64,000 nucleotides of DNA from Thermoanaerobaculia bacterium (GTDB lineage Bacteria > Acidobacteriota > Thermoanaerobaculia > UBA5066). The stretch is taken from NCBI GenBank assembly GCA_038245905.1, contig JBBRRY010000004.1:64001-128000 (forward strand), read 5' to 3'. The translations under genes were made by a program, and so were the position numbers. Below the pieces are notes generated by a model. It saw only the letters and a program-made list of their open reading frames with translations, ran no database searches and had not been told where the DNA came from. Below, one piece after another: positions 19,676 through 29,881 of this stretch (position 1 is the stretch's first letter; every line of letters begins with the position of its first letter).

Positions 19676-21220
19676 TCAATGCCTGAAGTGTCTCTTCCCC
19701 GTGAAGACCATCGTGATGCCCGCGGCGTCCGCCGCGGCGATGACGTCGGGATCCTTGACGGAGCCGCCGGGTTGGATGACCGCCGTGACGCCCGCGCCCG
19801 CGAGAACCTCGAGGCCGTCCGGGAACGGGAAGAATGCGTCGGAAGCCGCCACGGCGCCTCTCGCTCGCTCTCCGGCTTTCGCAATTGCATCCCGGCAGGC
19901 GTCCACACGGCTCGTGCGCCCTCCCCCGATGCCGTACGTCGCGGACTCGCCCGCGACGACGATGCCATTCGAGACGACGCCTCGGAGGACGAGGTTCGCG
20001 AAGCGCATCGCACGCGTCTCGGCGTCGGTCGGTGCGCGCTTCGTGACGACCTTCCACGCGCTTTCCTCGTCCGGCAGAAGGTCGCCTTCCTGTACGAGGA
20101 GGCCGCCGTCGATGCCGCGCGCCTCGAGGCGCGGGCGCGGCCCGTGCTCCGCCTCGACGGTCAGGACGCGGAGATTCGGTTTCTTCGCGAGGACGGGCTT
20201 TGCGTCGTCCGTCACGGCGTGGACGACGACGACCTCGAGGAATCGCGACGTGAGCGTGCCGGCGGCCTCCGCATCGAGCGTGCCCGTCCAGGCGACGACG
20301 CCGCCGAATCCCGCGATCGGGTCGGAGGCCCACGCGGCTTCGAACGCCTCGGCCATCGTGCGGCCCTTCGCGGCCCCCGCGGGGATTCGGTGCTTCACGA
20401 TCGTGAGGGCGTTCGCTCCCACGATGCGTGACGTGTAGAGAGCGGCGTCGGCGTCGAGGAAGTTGTTATACGAGAGCTCCTTCCCCTGCACGAAGCGGTA
20501 ACGTGAGAGGGCCGGCGCCGCCGCGGCCGCGTCGACATAGAGGGAGGCCTTCTGGTGCGGGTTTTCCCCGTAACGGAGACCGGCTCCGAGCGAAAAGGTC
20601 AGCGACAGGCGCTCCGGAAACGTCTCGCCCGGCCCCGAGGAGAACCAGCGGGCGATCGCGGCGTCGTACGCCGCCGTGTGCCGGAAGACCTTCGCGGCGA
20701 GGCGGCGGCGCGTCTCGTCCGAGAGGGTCCCACCCGTCCGCAGGAGCTCCTCGGCAATCGCGGGATAGTCGGCCGGGTCGCACACGACGCCGACGTGCGC
20801 ATGGTTCTTGGCCGCGGCCCGGAGAAGCGACGGCCCGCCGACGTCGATCTTCTCGATGGCCTCGGCGAAGGTCACGCCGGCCCGCGCGACGGTCTCCTCG
20901 AACGGGTAGAGGTTCACGACGACGAGGTCGATGGGGGAGACCCCGTTCGCGGCCGCCTCGCCGAGGTCGCGGTCCAGGGAGCGGTCGAAGAGGATGCCCC
21001 CAAAGAGCTTCGGATGCAGCGTCTTCACCCGACCGCCGAACACCTCCGGGAAACCCGTGACGTCGGAAACGCTCGTGACCGAAAGATCGGACGCGGCGAG
21101 TTGCGCCGCCGTCCCTCCCGTCGAGACGAGGCCGAACCCAATCCCGGTCAGAACGTGCGCGAAATCCACGAGGCCGGTGCGATCCGAGACGGAGAGAAGC
21201 GCGATTCGGGTGTTACTCAC
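19676..21220 (-). CDS. purH: bifunctional AICAR transformylase / IMP cyclohydrolase
   Basis: ALLSVSDRTG, GRVKTLHP, LRYGENPHQ, ASDAFFPF, IQPGGS, RHFRH; GTG start at 21220. Confidence 0.97.
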   Translation of the reverse strand: MSNTRIALLSVSDRTGLVDFAHVLTGIGFGLVSTGGTAAQLAASDLSVTSVSDVTGFPEVFGGRVKTLHPKLFGGILFDRSLDRDLGEAAANGVSPIDLVVVNLYPFEETVARAGVTFAEAIEKIDVGGPSLLRAAAKNHAHVGVVCDPADYPAIAEELLRTGGTLSDETRRRLAAKVFRHTAAYDAAIARWFSSGPGETFPERLSLTFSLGAGLRYGENPHQKASLYVDAAAAAPALSRYRFVQGKELSYNNFLDADAALYTSRIVGANALTIVKHRIPAGAAKGRTMAEAFEAAWASDPIAGFGGVVAWTGTLDAEAAGTLTSRFLEVVVVHAVTDDAKPVLAKKPNLRVLTVEAEHGPRPRLEARGIDGGLLVQEGDLLPDEESAWKVVTKRAPTDAETRAMRFANLVLRGVVSNGIVVAGESATYGIGGGRTSRVDACRDAIAKAGERARGAVAASDAFFPFPDGLEVLAGAGVTAVIQPGGSVKDPDVIAAADAAGITMVFTGKRHFRH

Positions 21221-21815
21221 GGATGGAGAGCGGTCCTTTGGATTCGGGGTGCTGGCGGACGATCGAGGCGTCGCCTCCCGCGGCGTTCCAGATCCAGGCG
21301 AAGAGGCGGGTCGAAAGCGTGACAGTCGCGTCGTAACGCTCACGCGCGGTGGTCGCGGGGAGCGGCGCCGCGGCCAGGGTTTCGGGCGCGGCGAAGGGTT
21401 CCGCCGGATAGCCGAGGAAGCGGGAGGCCTTCGAGGCGTTGCCTGGCGCGCCTCCCTGCGGAGGCAGCGCGAGGGCGAACTCGTGGACGATCCCGCCCAT
21501 CTGATAGACGATTTCGTCGAAGGCCGTATGCCGGCGAATGGCCTCGGCGAGCGCACGCGCGCCGCGGGCCGCGGCCGCGCGATGGGCGTTCGCGTCGCGC
21601 GTGCCGTGTTCTGCGGCCGCCGCGTCGCTCACGCCCTGCATGAGCCGGCGGCTGTGCCGCGCGAGCTGACGCTTGAAGTCCGGGGGCGCGAACGAGGAGG
21701 CGTCGGCCGCCATTCGGGCCTCGTCCGCGACGCTCCAGCGCACGAGCTCCGCCGCGCGCGCGCCGGACGCGAAGAGAACGGCGGCGAGACAGGCGGCGGA
21801 CGCGTGGCGTTTCAC
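21213..21815 (-). CDS. secreted hypothetical protein, possibly a degenerate S1/P1 nuclease or Zn-phospholipase C helical fold
   Basis: Signal peptide, RBS GAGGAG, operon position. The fold assignment rests on a loose pattern only. Confidence 0.65.
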   Translation of the reverse strand: MKRHASAACLAAVLFASGARAAELVRWSVADEARMAADASSFAPPDFKRQLARHSRRLMQGVSDAAAAEHGTRDANAHRAAAARGARALAEAIRRHTAFDEIVYQMGGIVHEFALALPPQGGAPGNASKASRFLGYPAEPFAAPETLAAAPLPATTARERYDATVTLSTRLFAWIWNAAGGDASIVRQHPESKGPLSIRE

Positions 21816-21828
21816 GGTTTCTCCTCTT

Positions 21829-24807
21829 CTAGAAGATCTTCAGGATGTTCAGCGAAAGGACGACGCCCGTCTGCCCGCGGTTGCGGCCGGAGACGGGCGT
21901 TCCGGCATCGAGCCGGATCAGCGTCGCCCACGGCCCGGCGAACTCGCCCGAGATTCCCGCGCCGCTGAAGTAGGCCCAGTCGAGGCCCGCGGCCCGGTCC
22001 CTCACGCGCGCATCCTCGTAGATCGCCTCGAGGCGGAAGGCGCTCCCGATGACATAACCGTACGCGACCTTCGACGTGACCGCTTCCTCGGCACGCAGGG
22101 CACCCGACCGGAAGCCGCGCAGCGACGTTCCGCCGAAGAAGCCGAAGGTGTACTTCGAGAAGCGATCCGTGTTGTCGGAGCCGACGTACCCGAGCGACGC
22201 GCGCACGCGCTGGAAGCGCGGCAGGTGGAAGTCTTTCTGAATCTCGGCGCCCCAGGTCGTGAAGACGTCCTTGCCCGGGTCGTAGTCCGGGTTACCCGCG
22301 AAGCCCCACGGATCCCACTGCGACCTCTTGTTCCACGCCCACCGGCCCGTAACCGCCCACCCGCGCCAGTCCCAGGCGAGCTGGCCCTCGAGGCGTGTGA
22401 GCCAGTGGTCCGATGGAATCGCGAACGCCGATGATGTTTCGACGTCGTCGACCGCGAAGTCCCGGTGCGACTCGGTGACCGTCCCCGTGAGCTTGATGTG
22501 GCGCGCGATCGGGACGCCCGCCTTGAACGCGGCCGCGAATGACCGGCTCTTCACCCGCTGCGCCTTGTCTTCCTCGCCGGAGACGAAGAGCGCGTCCGTG
22601 CCCCGAAGCGCGATGCCGAAGACGTCGACGCCGACGTCGACTGGCGAGCCGAAGAGCCTCGGCTGGCTCCACGAGGCCGCGAGCAGGACGCCGCCGAAGA
22701 GGACCTGGAACTGGTCATGGCGTTTGCTCGCGTCGAGGTCGATCCAGTAGACGCCGAGGAGGGGGAGCGGATAGTCGTATGCGCCATCGTAGAAAAGGCC
22801 GCCGAGCCCGAAGAGCTTGCCGTGTTTCGCGTCCTCCGTGACGCGGCGGCCGCCGTCCTTCGTCTTCTCGAGGTAACGAACACCCTTCTCGGTCTCACGC
22901 ACCATCGTGTCCTTCGACGCGAAAGTCTCTTCGCGCGCCGCGCGGAAGGCGGGATCGTCGAGCCGGATGTCGGTGAGCACGCTTTCGCGCTCGATCACGG
23001 TCGTGCGCGAAAACGTTTTGAGGATCCACTGGCCCGTCGTGCGCGTCGGGAGGCGCAGCGGCGGCCCGCCGTCGGGTGCGGGCACATCCGTGAAGTCGGC
23101 CGTCTCGTCCACGGCCTGAATCTCGGCCGTGAGGTTCAGCTGCCGCGTCCGGACGCGGACGGCCGCGAACCCGTCTCGCGCGATCCACACGCGACCCGCG
23201 TACACGGGCTTGTCCGTCACGGCGACGCGCGGCTCGAAGTCGAGCGCCCAGCAGGGAATGCCCCGCACGGTCTCTTCGCCGACGAGCGCGTAGCGGTATG
23301 TGTCGTCGAGCGTGAGGGCGAGCGGCATGTCCGAGACCTTCTCGGGCTGCAGGAGCGGGAGCTCGGGGAGCTTTTTTCCCTTCCAGCGGACGCCGTTGAA
23401 GTACGCGTCGTGCCACGCCCAGTCGAAGCCCGAGCCCCTCTCGTAGAAGAACGGCCCGGCGAGCGTGAGGTCGATCGTGTTGCCGAGGTTCGCGAAGCGA
23501 AAGCGCATCGAGAGCGAGTTCGTCGCCGAGAGCGTCTTCCAGCGCGCATCGCGGGCCGCCCGCCACGCCTGGTGCTGCGCGAGAATCTCCTCCGCCGTGA
23601 TCCCGCGCGCGGCGGCGACCCCGACCGCGGCCTTCGGGGCCTCGGCCGGGGCTTTCTCGCGCGCCGTGAGGCGCACGGCGAGGGGACCATTCGCGAGCGA
23701 GAGGGTGAGGCGTACGGGGACCGCGCCTGCAGGGATCTCGAGCTTCCTCGAGGCCCCCGTCGCGAGCTCGAAAATCTCCGCCAAGCCGTACGGCGTCGCA
23801 TCCAGGGTGACCGTCACGGGCCCCGCCGGAGCGGGCGCGCCGCCCTTCGTGCCGGGAACGAGGACGACACCGCCCAGGTCGGCGCCCGAGACGACGCGGA
23901 ATGCGTCGCGCGGCGTTCCGTCGGACGCCGCGACGGACACGGCGCGGGTGTCGGCGCCGAAGTCGCCCGCGACCATGCGCGCGAAGCGCTCGAGCGTCGC
24001 GTCTTCGGCGGCCGACCACGCGGGTGTCGCGACGACGAACGGAAGGTTCTCGGACGCGAACCGCGCGGAAGCAGCGATGAGCGCGCCGGGCGTGCGGACG
24101 GAGGCACCGAGATCGACGAGCCCCGGCTTGCCGAATGCGACGGCGTCGATCGCTTTTCGGACCTCAGACGCATCAACCTGTGCGATTTCGGTCACGCCGA
24201 CCATGTCGAGATAGGCCGTGTTTTCTTCTGAAAGGAGGAGACGGTCGGCGGGTGCGATGAGCGGGCCCGAAGCGTCGGGTGCGGCCGCGAACGCAATCAG
24301 GGCGTGGGGAGCTGCGGCGCGCGCGCCCGCGGCCACCTTTCTAAGAAAATACGCCCGTGCCTTGGGGTCGCCGGAAACGGGCGTCGCGAAGTCGATGGAT
24401 ACGAGATCCGCCGTCCTTGCCTCTCTCAGAATCTCTCCGATCCCCGGCCAGAGGTCGTCCACGTTTGCCGCTTCGGCGGCTCGTACATCGGCCGGCACGG
24501 CCACATTGGGCAGCGCGAGCGCGAGCCCCCAGCGCCAGCCGGCGGTGTGGGCGTGCTCCGCGAGCTCGCGGACGCCGGCGATCGCCGCCGGCCTGTCCAC
24601 GCCCCGCGCGTCGGGGTCGAGTCGCAGCAAGAGGCCCGGAGCGTTCGGCGAATGGGCGGCGATCGGCAGGCCCGAGATGCGGGCGATCCTCGGGTCGCCG
24701 GGCGAGACCGCGAGCCACGGCGCCGCGTATGGGCGGGGCGTCACCCCCGCCGCGGCGTGAGAGAGGAGCGCCCCGAGGAGAGCGGCAAGAGCCCGGTGCT
24801 GCGTCAC
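21829..24807 (-). CDS. large exported protein with a LolA-like middle region and a predicted C-terminal outer-membrane beta-barrel
   Basis: Signal peptide; YALVGEETVRGIPCWALDFEP...GRVWIARD; alternating aromatic beta-strands; ends in ...LSLNILKIF. Confidence 0.75.
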   Translation of the reverse strand: MTQHRALAALLGALLSHAAAGVTPRPYAAPWLAVSPGDPRIARISGLPIAAHSPNAPGLLLRLDPDARGVDRPAAIAGVRELAEHAHTAGWRWGLALALPNVAVPADVRAAEAANVDDLWPGIGEILREARTADLVSIDFATPVSGDPKARAYFLRKVAAGARAAAPHALIAFAAAPDASGPLIAPADRLLLSEENTAYLDMVGVTEIAQVDASEVRKAIDAVAFGKPGLVDLGASVRTPGALIAASARFASENLPFVVATPAWSAAEDATLERFARMVAGDFGADTRAVSVAASDGTPRDAFRVVSGADLGGVVLVPGTKGGAPAPAGPVTVTLDATPYGLAEIFELATGASRKLEIPAGAVPVRLTLSLANGPLAVRLTAREKAPAEAPKAAVGVAAARGITAEEILAQHQAWRAARDARWKTLSATNSLSMRFRFANLGNTIDLTLAGPFFYERGSGFDWAWHDAYFNGVRWKGKKLPELPLLQPEKVSDMPLALTLDDTYRYALVGEETVRGIPCWALDFEPRVAVTDKPVYAGRVWIARDGFAAVRVRTRQLNLTAEIQAVDETADFTDVPAPDGGPPLRLPTRTTGQWILKTFSRTTVIERESVLTDIRLDDPAFRAAREETFASKDTMVRETEKGVRYLEKTKDGGRRVTEDAKHGKLFGLGGLFYDGAYDYPLPLLGVYWIDLDASKRHDQFQVLFGGVLLAASWSQPRLFGSPVDVGVDVFGIALRGTDALFVSGEEDKAQRVKSRSFAAAFKAGVPIARHIKLTGTVTESHRDFAVDDVETSSAFAIPSDHWLTRLEGQLAWDWRGWAVTGRWAWNKRSQWDPWGFAGNPDYDPGKDVFTTWGAEIQKDFHLPRFQRVRASLGYVGSDNTDRFSKYTFGFFGGTSLRGFRSGALRAEEAVTSKVAYGYVIGSAFRLEAIYEDARVRDRAAGLDWAYFSGAGISGEFAGPWATLIRLDAGTPVSGRNRGQTGVVLSLNILKIF

Positions 24808-25893
24808 TTACTTCCGGAAGGCCTTCGACGGAGCCCTGGGCTCCGGTGCGGGGAGCGCCACGGGAGCCGGTCCGGCTGGCACGACGACGTCGCCCGTCGG
24901 AAGACCGAGGTTCGCCCGGATCTTCTTCTCGATCTCGGCGGCGATGTCGGGGTTGTCGCGGAAGAACTGCTTGGAGTTTTCGCGGCCCTGCCCAAGGCGG
25001 ATATCGCCGTAGCTGAACCAGGCGCCGGACTTCTCGACGATCTTCATCTCGATCCCGATGTCGATGAGCTCGCCCGTCTTCGAGATGCCCTCGCCGTACG
25101 CGATGTCGAACTCGGCGAACCGGAAGGGGGGAGCGACCTTGTTCTTGACGATCTTGACCTTCGTGCGGCTTCCGACGACGACCTCGCCGTCCTTGATGGC
25201 ATTGATGCGCCGGATGTCGATACGGACCGACGAATAGAACTTCAAGGCCCGGCCGCCCGTCGTCGTCTCTGGGTTCCCGAACATGACGCCGATCTTTTCG
25301 CGGATCTGGTTGATGAAGATGAGGGTCGTGTTCGATTTCGAGACGACCGCCGTGAGTTTGCGCATGGCCTGCGACATGAGGCGCGCCTGCAGGCCCACCA
25401 CGGCGTCGCCCATCTCGCCTTCGAGCTCGGCCTTCGGAACGAGCGCCGCGACGGAGTCGATGACGACGACGTCGATCGCGGCCGACCGCACGAGCGCCTC
25501 GGCGATCTCGAGCGCCTGTTCGCCCGAGTCGGGCTGGGACACCATGAGGTTGTCGACGTCGACGCCGAGCTTCTTGGCGTAGTCGGGGTCCATCGCGTGC
25601 TCGGCGTCGATGAAGGCGGCGAGCCCGCCACGCTTCTGCGCCTCGGCGATGACGTGGAGGGTCAGGGTCGTCTTGCCCGAAGACTCCGGCCCGAAGACTT
25701 CGATGACACGGCCGCGCGGGATGCCGCCGATTCCCAAGGCGGCGTCCACGCCGATCGAGCCCGTCGAGATGCACTGGATGACGGTGTGTGGCTTGTCACC
25801 GAGACGGACGAGAGCGCCTTTGCCGAACTGCCGGTCGATCTGCTGGAGCGCTTGCTCGAGTGCTTTCTGCTTTTCCTTGTTCACTTCGACCAT
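24808..25893 (-). CDS. recA: recombinase RecA
   Basis: [42 protein letters not shown]. Confidence 0.99.
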   Translation of the reverse strand: MVEVNKEKQKALEQALQQIDRQFGKGALVRLGDKPHTVIQCISTGSIGVDAALGIGGIPRGRVIEVFGPESSGKTTLTLHVIAEAQKRGGLAAFIDAEHAMDPDYAKKLGVDVDNLMVSQPDSGEQALEIAEALVRSAAIDVVVIDSVAALVPKAELEGEMGDAVVGLQARLMSQAMRKLTAVVSKSNTTLIFINQIREKIGVMFGNPETTTGGRALKFYSSVRIDIRRINAIKDGEVVVGSRTKVKIVKNKVAPPFRFAEFDIAYGEGISKTGELIDIGIEMKIVEKSGAWFSYGDIRLGQGRENSKQFFRDNPDIAAEIEKKIRANLGLPTGDVVVPAGPAPVALPAPEPRAPSKAFRK

Positions 25894-25919
25894 TTGGTCT
25901 CCTTCAAGAAGAGAGGCGG

Positions 25920-25925
25920 ATTATA
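25920..25925 (-). promoter_or_regulatory. candidate -10 element of recA
   Basis: Perfect TATAAT on the minus strand 26 nt upstream of the ATG; RBS AAGGAG lies between. Confidence 0.55.
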
Positions 25926-26115
25926 GGAAGAGAAAGAGGAGGATTTTGATTTGGATTCGGATTTCGGATTCGGATTTCTTAGAAGGGTGAATGAGGCTGA
26001 GGCGCTCGAAGGACGTCGAGGCGCCACACTCTGCACCGGCGCCACTCGACCTTCTAAGAAAATCTTCTCTGGGGGCGAAACGGCCTACGATGGCGTCGCC
26101 GAGCGGAAGGAACGT

Positions 26116-26661
26116 GTGAAAGTTAGGTCCGATATCTCCGAAACGCAAGGAATTCTTCGCCCGTGGCCCGAGGTTTTCGCGGCCTCGCGCGTGACGACCC
26201 TCGTCGCGACGTGGTTCGGGACCGGGCTCCTTCCGAAGGCTCCGGGCACATGGGGCAGTCTGGCCGCGATCCCGGCCGCCCATCTCGTCGCGACGATCTG
26301 GGGAGTCTCGGGCCTCATCGGCTTCGCGCTCGCGGTCACGTTTGTTGGCGTGCACGCGGCGGGCGAGACGGCGCGCCTCCGCGGCATCGGCGATCCGCCG
26401 GAAGTCGTCGTGGACGAGGTGGCGGGGCAGTCCATCGCGCTTCTGCCGGTCTACGCGCTCGTGCCGCCCGAGGCCACGCTCTTCCGGATCGGCGCCGTGC
26501 TCCTTGCGTTCGCCCTCTTTCGCGTTCTCGACGTCTGGAAGCCCGGCCCAATAGGCGCGCTCGAGCGATTGCCGCGAGGCTGGGGTGTGATGATGGACGA
26601 CGTTCTCGGCGGTGCCGTTGCGGGAGCTTGCGTCGGCGCCGCGCTTCTCCTCTGGCGATGA
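26116..26661 (+). CDS. pgpA: phosphatidylglycerophosphatase A
   Basis: APGTWGS, DPPEVVVDEVAG, FRVLDVWKP, GVMMDDVLGG. Start uncertain. Confidence 0.92.
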   Translation: MKVRSDISETQGILRPWPEVFAASRVTTLVATWFGTGLLPKAPGTWGSLAAIPAAHLVATIWGVSGLIGFALAVTFVGVHAAGETARLRGIGDPPEVVVDEVAGQSIALLPVYALVPPEATLFRIGAVLLAFALFRVLDVWKPGPIGALERLPRGWGVMMDDVLGGAVAGACVGAALLLWR

Positions 26662-27545
26662 TCGAGAGCGCCCTCTCCGGCTTGCGCGCGGTCGTCCGCG
26701 AGAACGTCCCGCTTTCCGGCCGGACGACGCTCCGAATTGGCGGACCGGCCCGGTATTTCGTGGAAGTCCACGACGCGGAGGCGCTAGCGGCTCTCCTCCG
26801 CGCGGGCCGCGCCGCAGGGCTGCCTGTTCTCGCGCTCGGGAAGGGATCGAACCTCCTCGTTCCCGACGCGGGATTCCCAGGAGTCGTTTTCGCCCTCGCG
26901 GGCGACTTCTTGAGGACGCGGATCGAACCGCCGGAGGTCATGGCGGGAGGCGGGGTCTCGCTCATGTCGCTTGCCTCCCGGACGCAGAGGGCGGGCCTCT
27001 CCGGTCTCGAGAACCTGTCCGGCATTCCGTCCTCGCTCGGCGGGGCCGTGCGCATCAACGCCGGGGCCTACGGGTCGGAGCTGTTCGACGTCCTCGTGTC
27101 GGTCGACCTCGTCTCGGGCGGTGGAGAGCAACGCACGGATTCCGCTTCGGCGATCGCGCACGGCTACCGGTGGACGGCGCTCTCGGACTGCGACGACGTC
27201 GTGACCGGGGCGCGCCTCCGCCTCACGCCGAACCCCCCCGACGAGATCGCATCGCGGATGGCGGAGGTCACCGCGAAGAGAAAAGTCGCCCTGCCGAAGC
27301 AGCCGAATGCCGGTTCGATTTTCAAGAACCCGCCGGGCCTCTTCGCAGGGAAGCTGCTCGAGGAGTGCGGTTTGAAGAGTCGCCGCATCGGAGGCGCCCA
27401 GATCTCGCCCGTCCACGCGAACGTAATCGTCAACGTCGGCGGCGCGACGGCGGCGGACGTCACGTCGCTCATGGAAGAGATGAAAAGGGCCGTGAAAGAC
27501 AGGTTCGGGATCGAATTGGCAGCCGAAATCCGACTTCTCGGATAA
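26658..27545 (+). CDS. murB: UDP-N-acetylmuramate dehydrogenase
   Basis: TTLRIGGPA, LGKGSNLL, NAGAYG, NAGSIFKNP, HANVIVN. Confidence 0.96.
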   Translation: MIESALSGLRAVVRENVPLSGRTTLRIGGPARYFVEVHDAEALAALLRAGRAAGLPVLALGKGSNLLVPDAGFPGVVFALAGDFLRTRIEPPEVMAGGGVSLMSLASRTQRAGLSGLENLSGIPSSLGGAVRINAGAYGSELFDVLVSVDLVSGGGEQRTDSASAIAHGYRWTALSDCDDVVTGARLRLTPNPPDEIASRMAEVTAKRKVALPKQPNAGSIFKNPPGLFAGKLLEECGLKSRRIGGAQISPVHANVIVNVGGATAADVTSLMEEMKRAVKDRFGIELAAEIRLLG

Positions 27546-27575
27546 CGTATCGCTCGCGCTTCTGGAGGCCGCCCC

Positions 27576-28724
27576 ATGAGAAGACGTTCCGCACTCCTTT
27601 TTCTCCTGCTCGCGGCCGCTGCGCTCGCCGGGGCCTGTGGAAAGAAGGAGCTCCCCGACCTCGCGATCGGAGTGATCGCCGAGCTCACCGGCGACATTCC
27701 CGCCGTCGGCGCCTCGTGCAAGAACGCCGCCGAGATGGCCGTCGGGGAGATCAACGAAGCCGGCGGCGTGAAGGTCGCCGGGAAGGCGTATCGGCTCCGT
27801 CTCGTCGTGGAGGACAGCAAGGGAAACGCGGCGGAGGCCGGGGAGGCCTTGAAGCGCCTCGCCTCGGAAGACAAGGTGTTCGCGATCGTGGGTCCGAACG
27901 CGAGCACGGGTGCGATTCCCGCCGCCGAGGCGGCGGAGTCAACGAAGATCCCCATGATCACTCCCTGGTCCACGAACCCGCTGACGACGGCGGGGAAGAA
28001 ATGGGTCTTTCGCGCCTGCTTCACCGACGCGTTCGAAGGGCACGTCCTCGCGCGGTTCGCGACGGGATACCTTCACGCGGCGAAGGCGGCCGTTCTCTAC
28101 GACCCGGACTCTCAGGCGCCGAAGAGCCAAGCGGAGCTCTTCCGGAAGGACTTCGAGGAGGCGGGAGGAAAAGTCGTCGCCTTCGAGACGTACAAGACCG
28201 GCGACAAGGATTTCGCAGCCCCGCTCGGCCGGATCGCGGCCGCCGCTCCCGACATCATCTTCCTGCCGAGCTATTACAACGAGGTCCCTCTGCAGATGAA
28301 GCAGGCGCGCAAGATGGGGATCAAGGTGCCTTTCCTCGGCAGCGACAACTGGAGCAGCCCGGAGCTGGTCAAGCTGGTAGGCGGGGATGCCGAGGGAGCG
28401 ACGTTCTGCAACCACTACGCGCCGGAAGTGCGCGTGGACGCTGTCGCGCACTTCGTCACGCCGTACAAGAACAAATACGGGCAGACGCCCGACGACGTGG
28501 CTGCCCTCACATACGACTCGTTCAAGCTCCTCGCGAAGGCCCTCGCGGGCGCTTCGGGGCTGAATCGCGAGGCGATTCGGGAGGCCCTGTCGAAGATCCG
28601 TGAGTTCGAAGGCGTTACCGGCAAGATGACGTTCAAGGAAGGTTCGGGCGACCCGGTCAAGAGCGCCGTGATGATGAGGGTCGAAGGCGGCAAGCCGGTC
28701 TTCGTGACCACCATCGACCCCTGA
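27576..28724 (+). CDS. branched-chain amino acid ABC transporter substrate-binding lipoprotein (LivJ/K-like)
   Basis: Lipobox LAGAC; AVGEINEAGGV, VFRACFTD, AALTYD. Confidence 0.9.
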   Translation: MRRRSALLFLLLAAAALAGACGKKELPDLAIGVIAELTGDIPAVGASCKNAAEMAVGEINEAGGVKVAGKAYRLRLVVEDSKGNAAEAGEALKRLASEDKVFAIVGPNASTGAIPAAEAAESTKIPMITPWSTNPLTTAGKKWVFRACFTDAFEGHVLARFATGYLHAAKAAVLYDPDSQAPKSQAELFRKDFEEAGGKVVAFETYKTGDKDFAAPLGRIAAAAPDIIFLPSYYNEVPLQMKQARKMGIKVPFLGSDNWSSPELVKLVGGDAEGATFCNHYAPEVRVDAVAHFVTPYKNKYGQTPDDVAALTYDSFKLLAKALAGASGLNREAIREALSKIREFEGVTGKMTFKEGSGDPVKSAVMMRVEGGKPVFVTTIDP

Positions 28725-28783
28725 CCTTTTCGAAAGCCCCGCCTCGCAATCGCCGGAGCCGCGGCGCCCGTACAATCTCGGGA

Positions 28784-29881
28784 ATGTCGAGCACCGCCGG
28801 AGTCTGCGCGCTCATCCTCGCCGGCGGGAGCGGCACAAGGCTGTGGCCCCGCTCGACGGACGAAAGGCCGAAGCCTTTCCTTGCGCTGTCGGGCGGAGAG
28901 TCGCTCCTTCGGGAGACCTGGCGGCGCGCCGCCGGCCTCGCCGGGAAGGACAACGTCTTCGTCTCGGGCCGCGCGTCGCACGAGGCGCTCCTCGTCGCAG
29001 AGCTCCCGGAAGTCCCGCGCGAGCGCCTTGTCCTCGAGCCCACGCGCCGCAACACTGCCCCCGCGATCGCCCTCTCGGCGCTGGCGGCCTCAGAGGACGC
29101 GCCCGACGTCGTTCTCGCCGTGCTGCCGTCTGACCAGGCGGTGCGCGATGAACCGGCGTTCCTCTCCGCTCTCCGCGCGGCCGTCTCGGCGGCGCGGACG
29201 CGCGAGGCGTTCGTCACACTCGGGATTCCTCCGACGCGGCCCGAGGCGGGCTTCGGATATATGGAAGTTGAAGAGCACAAGGAAGGGGAAAGCGATTTTT
29301 CTTTGAATGGGAAGAGTAGGAGCGAGGCCTCGCTCCTGCGGGTGGTGCGGTTCGTCGAGAAGCCCAGCCAGACTCGCGCGGAGGAGTTTCTTGCGTCGGG
29401 GCGCTTCCTCTGGAACGCCGGCATCTTCGTATTCCGGACGTCCTGGCTCTTCGAAGAGATGGAGAGGGTCTGTCCGGATATCCTGAAGGTCGCCCGCCGC
29501 GCGCATGCAGCGAGAAAAGCGGCGGATTCTTCCTCCTTCAAAGAAATCTTCTCCTCCTCCCCGTCCGTCTCCATCGATGTCGCCGTGATGGAGAAAGCAC
29601 GAACCGTGCTCACAGTTCCGTGTGCCTGCGGCTGGAGCGACCTGGGTTCGTGGGAAGCCGTGTTCGAGTTCCGGGGCGGATCGTCCGCGCGGAACGTTCT
29701 CGAGGGCCCGGCCGATTCGGTGGACGGCTCGGGCAACCTCGTGCTGGCGGAGGCGAGGCCGGTGCGCGTCGTCGGCCTCTCGGACATCGTGGTCGTGGAA
29801 TCTCCAGGCGGCCTCCTCGTCATGCGCCGGGGCGCGTCGGACGCGCTTCGCCGGAGCGTGGAAAAAGGGCTCAGGGGATGA
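28784..29881 (+). CDS. mannose-1-phosphate guanylyltransferase
   Basis: ILAGGSGTRLWPRS, EPTRRNTAPA, FVEKP, WNAGIF, SIDVAVMEK, WSDLGSW. Confidence 0.92.
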   Translation: MSSTAGVCALILAGGSGTRLWPRSTDERPKPFLALSGGESLLRETWRRAAGLAGKDNVFVSGRASHEALLVAELPEVPRERLVLEPTRRNTAPAIALSALAASEDAPDVVLAVLPSDQAVRDEPAFLSALRAAVSAARTREAFVTLGIPPTRPEAGFGYMEVEEHKEGESDFSLNGKSRSEASLLRVVRFVEKPSQTRAEEFLASGRFLWNAGIFVFRTSWLFEEMERVCPDILKVARRAHAARKAADSSSFKEIFSSSPSVSIDVAVMEKARTVLTVPCACGWSDLGSWEAVFEFRGGSSARNVLEGPADSVDGSGNLVLAEARPVRVVGLSDIVVVESPGGLLVMRRGASDALRRSVEKGLRG

